Source: Podarcis tiliguerta (Eukaryota). From it: DNA of 64,000 nucleotides. Positions within the stretch are counted from its first letter, which is position 1; each line of letters starts with the position of its first letter. The notes under the pieces are model-generated. The model was not told the origin of the DNA, did not search any database, and worked only from the letters and a program-made list of their open reading frames with translations. Below, piece by piece: positions 62,044 through 64,000 of the stretch. The stretch lies in assembly GCA_965153285.1 (NCBI GenBank), contig OZ229111.1; one strand, given 5' to 3'. The translations under genes were made by a program, and so were the position numbers.

Positions 62044-63697
62044 GTGAGACAAAATGTGGTCTCTATTGCAAGTTTATAATACAAACAGATCAATGTTTTT
62101 GGCAAATGAAGAAAAAATATCATTCATGAGGAACTTAATTTTAAGTATCTTGAGTGTTTTCTGTAATCTTGTTAAGATATTTATGTATGTGTTTATTTAT
62201 TTTGTTAATGAACCACTTCCTATGAAGCACCCCAGAGCAATTTAATGATTAAAAAGAGAAAGAGAGAGATTGAGAGTTCAGGATATTTAGGAAGACATCT
62301 CATAGGCAAGCACCTATTTGATGGACCATTGACAGATTTGTGCAAATATGATGTGGAAATCAAATGCTACTGAAATTTGAGTTTCAAGTTTGGCTATGCC
62401 TAGATAGATTAATGGGAAATTCTTTCTGCAGTGGAAAATCTTTGGGTGTGTGTGTGTCATTTTTAGGATGACTCTTTTCACATTATAATGAAGAGCAAAA
62501 ATTTGTATGCTAATACAAAATGTATGATCCAAATTGTATCATGCATGACAGTAATATATAAAAGTGTATCATAAGTGATTGTAATATATTAAACAATTCC
62601 CAGATCTAGAGTAGCTGTGTCGTATCATAGGTAAATGATGTGAAATAGCCTATGTATCTAGTCACTACAGATCATTGGCTGTTGGAGACAGCTCTCTTTC
62701 ATCAATCTGGTAGACTTGTCATATGTCAGGAAAATTCCTGACATGTCCTGGTTTTCGAGACATCAGCAAAATACAGTATCAGGGGAAACCCAGTGAGTTT
62801 CTAATAAAAGTTCAACATATTACTTTTCGAAATATGGCAACCCTATCAATCTGGTAACTTTATAATGCCAATGGTATTGTTTCACAGATCCTGTATAGTC
62901 ACTCATTTCTATATAGCCTAACATAATTAATCCTAGTCAGAACTAGAGCAATTGAAACTGAACAGAAACTGGATACCTGAAGCCTTCAGCCTCTTGGATT
63001 ATAATATATTTCAAGTACGTCTTCTTTGAAGTTAATTACTATTTTCCAAAATTTTCTGACTTTTAAACTTTCCTACCAGAGATGAAGAAGCTCTCCCTAT
63101 TCACGCCATTGCAAAACCAGTTATTTGCTGTTTCCAATCAGCTTATAAATCTGCGGCATGGTTTTATAATTTTTTTTAAATCTAAACAGATGGAAAAACC
63201 TGATATTTATTCAGCAGAAACACCCATGCTGCCTATAGAGTAGTTTGCTGCAGATCATTTTTCTCATTTATTATGGAGGATTTAACCCCCCAGGTGATCC
63301 AAAGTTATTAAAAAATGATATCATCTGGAAGGATTCCACTTCTTTTTGATCATAATTGTTTCTTGCAAAGAAACATGTATCTTAGAATCTGATTTGCCCC
63401 GTTTTGTGCCATGACAATACGCCTAACCTGCAAGCACTTGCAAAATTAAACACAGTAACCTTCCACTCTTCATCAAATAATAACAAAACACAATCTATAA
63501 CGTCCACGTAAACCTATAATTTATGCTATTTTCAGGAAGCACTGCCACCTACTCCAGGTTAAAGTCTGGATCTCTGATTATTAAGGCAAGAAATGAGACG
63601 CTAGGTATGCTTGTTTCCCATGTATTAAATAAAGATGGAAATGAAATGCTCTCTCCTGTAATATTTCTGTCTCTTGTGGGTCCACCCTTCTCCCCAG

Positions 63698-64000
63698 GTC
63701 TTAATGCAGAAGTTGTCTATGCTCTTCCTGAGTCAGCTAATGGCCACTTTTCAATAGAGGAGGCAACAGGAGTGATCCGGCTGGAGAAGCCTCTAAAAGA
63801 ATCACAGGTGACTGCGCTGGAGCTCACCGTGTGTGCCACAGACAGGGGTTTCCCACGCTCCCTCTCCTCCTTTGCTACTGTCACCGTCTCAGTAGTGGAT
63901 CTGAAGGAATATCTGCCAGTGTTCCTGGATACGGAATACGTGGTTGTGGTACAGGAAGACGTGGCTGTTGGCACAGAGATTCTGAATCTGTCTTCATTAA
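63698..64000 (+). CDS. FAT2: FAT2 coding exon 13 (partial, runs off window)
   Basis: ctccccag|GT CTT AAT GCA GAA; [33 protein letters not shown]...[12 protein letters not shown]; open to the window end. Confidence 0.92.

Overview
Eukaryotic (squamate reptile, most likely lacertid lizard, inferred from Sauria/Squam-type SINEs and BovB) genomic DNA. The window holds ~19 kb of upstream/5'-intronic sequence and the first 13 coding exons of the atypical protocadherin gene FAT2 on the + strand. The ATG is at 19008 and the last exon runs off the window. All introns are GT-AG with consistent phases, giving 9,736 coding nt (~3,245 codons: signal peptide plus tandem cadherin repeats). The non-coding part is dense in TEs: Sauria SINEs, a Squam3-like SINE, tRNA/CR1-tail SINEs, BovB/RTE, L1 and CR1 fragments, Tigger-like and hAT MITEs with TSDs, and two antisense Gypsy-type solo LTRs. 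There is no prokaryote-type system, CRISPR array or RNA gene. The most interesting unexplained signals are: a frame-preserving 21-nt microexon candidate in the 16-kb intron; an AATAAA overlapping a read-through stop right after coding exon 2 (possible secreted FAT2 ectodomain isoform); candidate 5'UTR exons and epithelial (GRHL, p63, AP-1/RUNX) regulatory clusters; and several mechanistically informative nested TE junctions. TE family names come from pattern recognition, not database searches.
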